A DNA stretch of 64,000 nucleotides from an uncultured Alphaproteobacteria bacterium (GTDB taxonomy: Bacteria; Pseudomonadota; Alphaproteobacteria; Rhizobiales; Beijerinckiaceae). This document shows positions 62,252-64,000 of this stretch, in pieces. A program made the translations under genes and the position numbers. The notes beneath the pieces were generated by a model that saw only the letters and a program-made list of their open reading frames with translations, searched no databases and was not told the origin of the DNA. The stretch is taken from NCBI GenBank assembly GCA_963813195.1, contig CAWEYC010000039.1:51579-115578 (forward strand). Direction: 5' to 3'. Within the stretch, counting starts at the first letter, position 1; each line of letters starts with the position of its first letter.

Positions 62252-63019
62252 ATGCTTGACGCCCAAGTCCCATTGTCCCGACTTCCTCTGGCGGAGGGTC
62301 CCGTCCACATTCTGCTCGTGGAAGATGACCCGGTGATCTCCAGAATGCTTGAGGAGCTTCTGGTGGAAAACGGATTCGCGACGAGCGTCGCCGCCTCGGC
62401 GCAGGATATGGACCTCGAGCTGGAGCGCGGCGCCATCAATTTGATTCTACTCGACGTCATGTTGCCGAATGAGGACGGTTTCAGCATCTGTCGACGGCTG
62501 AGGGCAATTTCCAGCGTACCGATCATCATGGTCACGGCGCTCGACGAAGATGTCGATCGCATCGTCGGGCTTGAGATCGGAGCAGATGACTACATCACGA
62601 AACCGTTCAATTCTCGCGAGCTCGTCGCCCGCATCCGCGCGCTTCTCCGCCGCACCGGCGCGGGCGCGGTCGACGCGGAGGCCGTCAATCGCAACCGGCT
62701 GCGCCCCTTCCGCTTCGCCGGATGGCGCCTCTATCCGGCGGAGCGACAGCTCTATAACCCGGAGGGAGCGCGGGTCTCGACCACGAGCGCGGAATTCGAT
62801 CTGTTGCTGGCCTTCTGCCAAAATCCAGGTCGGGTGCTGTCCCGCGAACACCTGCTCGATTTGACTCATAGCGGGCTCGCCGGTCCCATCGAGCGGAGCA
62901 TCGACGTGCATGTCAGCCGCATCCGGCAGAAGATCGAGCCCGACTCGCGGGACCCGACTTTAATCAAGACCGTGCGACTCGGCGGCTACGTCTTTACACC
63001 CAATGTGGAATTGTCCTGA
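62252..63019 (+). CDS. OmpR-family response regulator
   Basis: ILLVEDD, LLDVMLP, GADDYITKPF, RSIDVHVSRIRQK, KTVRLGGY. Confidence 0.96.
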   Translation: MLDAQVPLSRLPLAEGPVHILLVEDDPVISRMLEELLVENGFATSVAASAQDMDLELERGAINLILLDVMLPNEDGFSICRRLRAISSVPIIMVTALDEDVDRIVGLEIGADDYITKPFNSRELVARIRALLRRTGAGAVDAEAVNRNRLRPFRFAGWRLYPAERQLYNPEGARVSTTSAEFDLLLAFCQNPGRVLSREHLLDLTHSGLAGPIERSIDVHVSRIRQKIEPDSRDPTLIKTVRLGGYVFTPNVELS

Positions 63020-64000
63020 TGAGCATCATGAGCCGGCTTGCGCCCCGGTCGATCACCGCGCAAATCACCGGCATCATGGTCGCCGCGGTCGTGGTGGGCG
63101 TCGGGCTCGCTTCAGCGGTTCTCTTATATTTGTTCTACGACTGGCAAACGGGCGCAAACATGGAGCTCGTGGCCGCCACCAGAGCCGCCCGGATCGCGGC
63201 GATCGTCAGAAACGCGGAGGCGGCCCAATCGCAAGAGGAGTTGGCCAAGATCGTTAGCGGCCATCGGTGGCCCAGCATGGACGTCGAGGAAATGCCTCTC
63301 CAAGGCCTCGATGCGAAACCGAATCGCGAGCCCCGCAATCCAGCGTATCTGCAATCGATCAAGTCCATGCTGGAGGAAGCGTGGGGAATCGTGCCGCTTG
63401 CCAACATGCCCTCTTCCGACATGAACGATCAGGTCGCGGTGAAGGTCAATAAAGACACCGTCCTGATATTCGATGCGTCCCCTCATGCGCCGCTGCACAG
63501 TATCGTCCTTATTCAGAGCACCTGCGCGCTCGCCATCATAACGTTCATCATTTTGTTTCTTTCACTATACGCGGTGCGTTGGATAACCTCGCCGTTGTCC
63601 TCGATCGCGTCGGCGGCCCGTTCTTTCGGACATTCCTCGGCCGAGGAGGACGCCCTGGACACGAACGGGCCGCGGGAGATCGCCCAGGTCGCCGAAGCTC
63701 TGAACGACATGCGCAAGCGCGTCCGCACTCTCGTCAACGAGCGAACGCAAATGCTCGCCGCCATCAGTCACGATCTGCGTACGCCCCTCACTCGGCTGCG
63801 ACTTCGCACCGAGCGTCTGAGCGATGCCAACTTGAGCGAGAGCATGTTGCGCGACATCGCCACCATTAACGACATGCTCGGCGAGACGCTGGCCTATCTG
63901 CGCGAGGGCGGGAGGTCGGAACCCGTCCAGCTGGTCGATCTTCCCAGCATGCTGCAGACGATCTGCGCCGAGTTCACGGACGTCGGCTTCGATGTGTCAT
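63019..64000 (+). CDS. EnvZ-like HAMP sensor histidine kinase (cut by window edge)
   Basis: Manual translation from ATG 63019 stays open to the end: two TM segments, GPREI HAMP and AISHDLRTPLTRLRLR in frame. Confidence 0.93.
   Translation, partial: MSIMSRLAPRSITAQITGIMVAAVVVGVGLASAVLLYLFYDWQTGANMELVAATRAARIAAIVRNAEAAQSQEELAKIVSGHRWPSMDVEEMPLQGLDAKPNREPRNPAYLQSIKSMLEEAWGIVPLANMPSSDMNDQVAVKVNKDTVLIFDASPHAPLHSIVLIQSTCALAIITFIILFLSLYAVRWITSPLSSIASAARSFGHSSAEEDALDTNGPREIAQVAEALNDMRKRVRTLVNERTQMLAAISHDLRTPLTRLRLRTERLSDANLSESMLRDIATINDMLGETLAYLREGGRSEPVQLVDLPSMLQTICAEFTDVGFDVS

Overview
GC-rich alphaproteobacterial (Rhizobiales-like) chromosomal window. The left ~17 kb looks like a decaying accessory region ending at tRNA-Ser(UGA). 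It holds an SDR / FAD monooxygenase / mini AtzD-barbiturase-like operon, an EmrB-EmrA-NodT efflux operon, relics of two-component genes, a frameshifted wHTH-ATPase-TPR regulator, catalase followed by a TIP-like aquaporin, a decayed ISAs1 and a Gly/Tyr-rich protein. Core genes follow (pyrG, rimO, recG, omega-class GST, C13 peptidase, sdhE, mfd). A second variable zone (30.6-41.7 kb) has frameshifted glsA and intradiol dioxygenase on either side of an IS66, a 2.53-kb integrase-less cassette carrying a DUF262-DUF1524 (GmrSD-like) gene between 342-bp diverged repeats of an MFS gene 3' end, aroQ, an M29 aminopeptidase, a 140-bp palindrome and an orphan gene with a RHIM-like motif. The right part has an amino-sugar ABC/MurQ/GntR/SIS cluster, a PanE2-like reductase plus acyl-CoA ligase (oxalate-type), a Spy-like gene, mdtABC and an OmpR/EnvZ-type pair cut by the window edge. 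No CRISPR array or rRNA was seen. All assignments rest on motif recognition by eye; no database searches were run.
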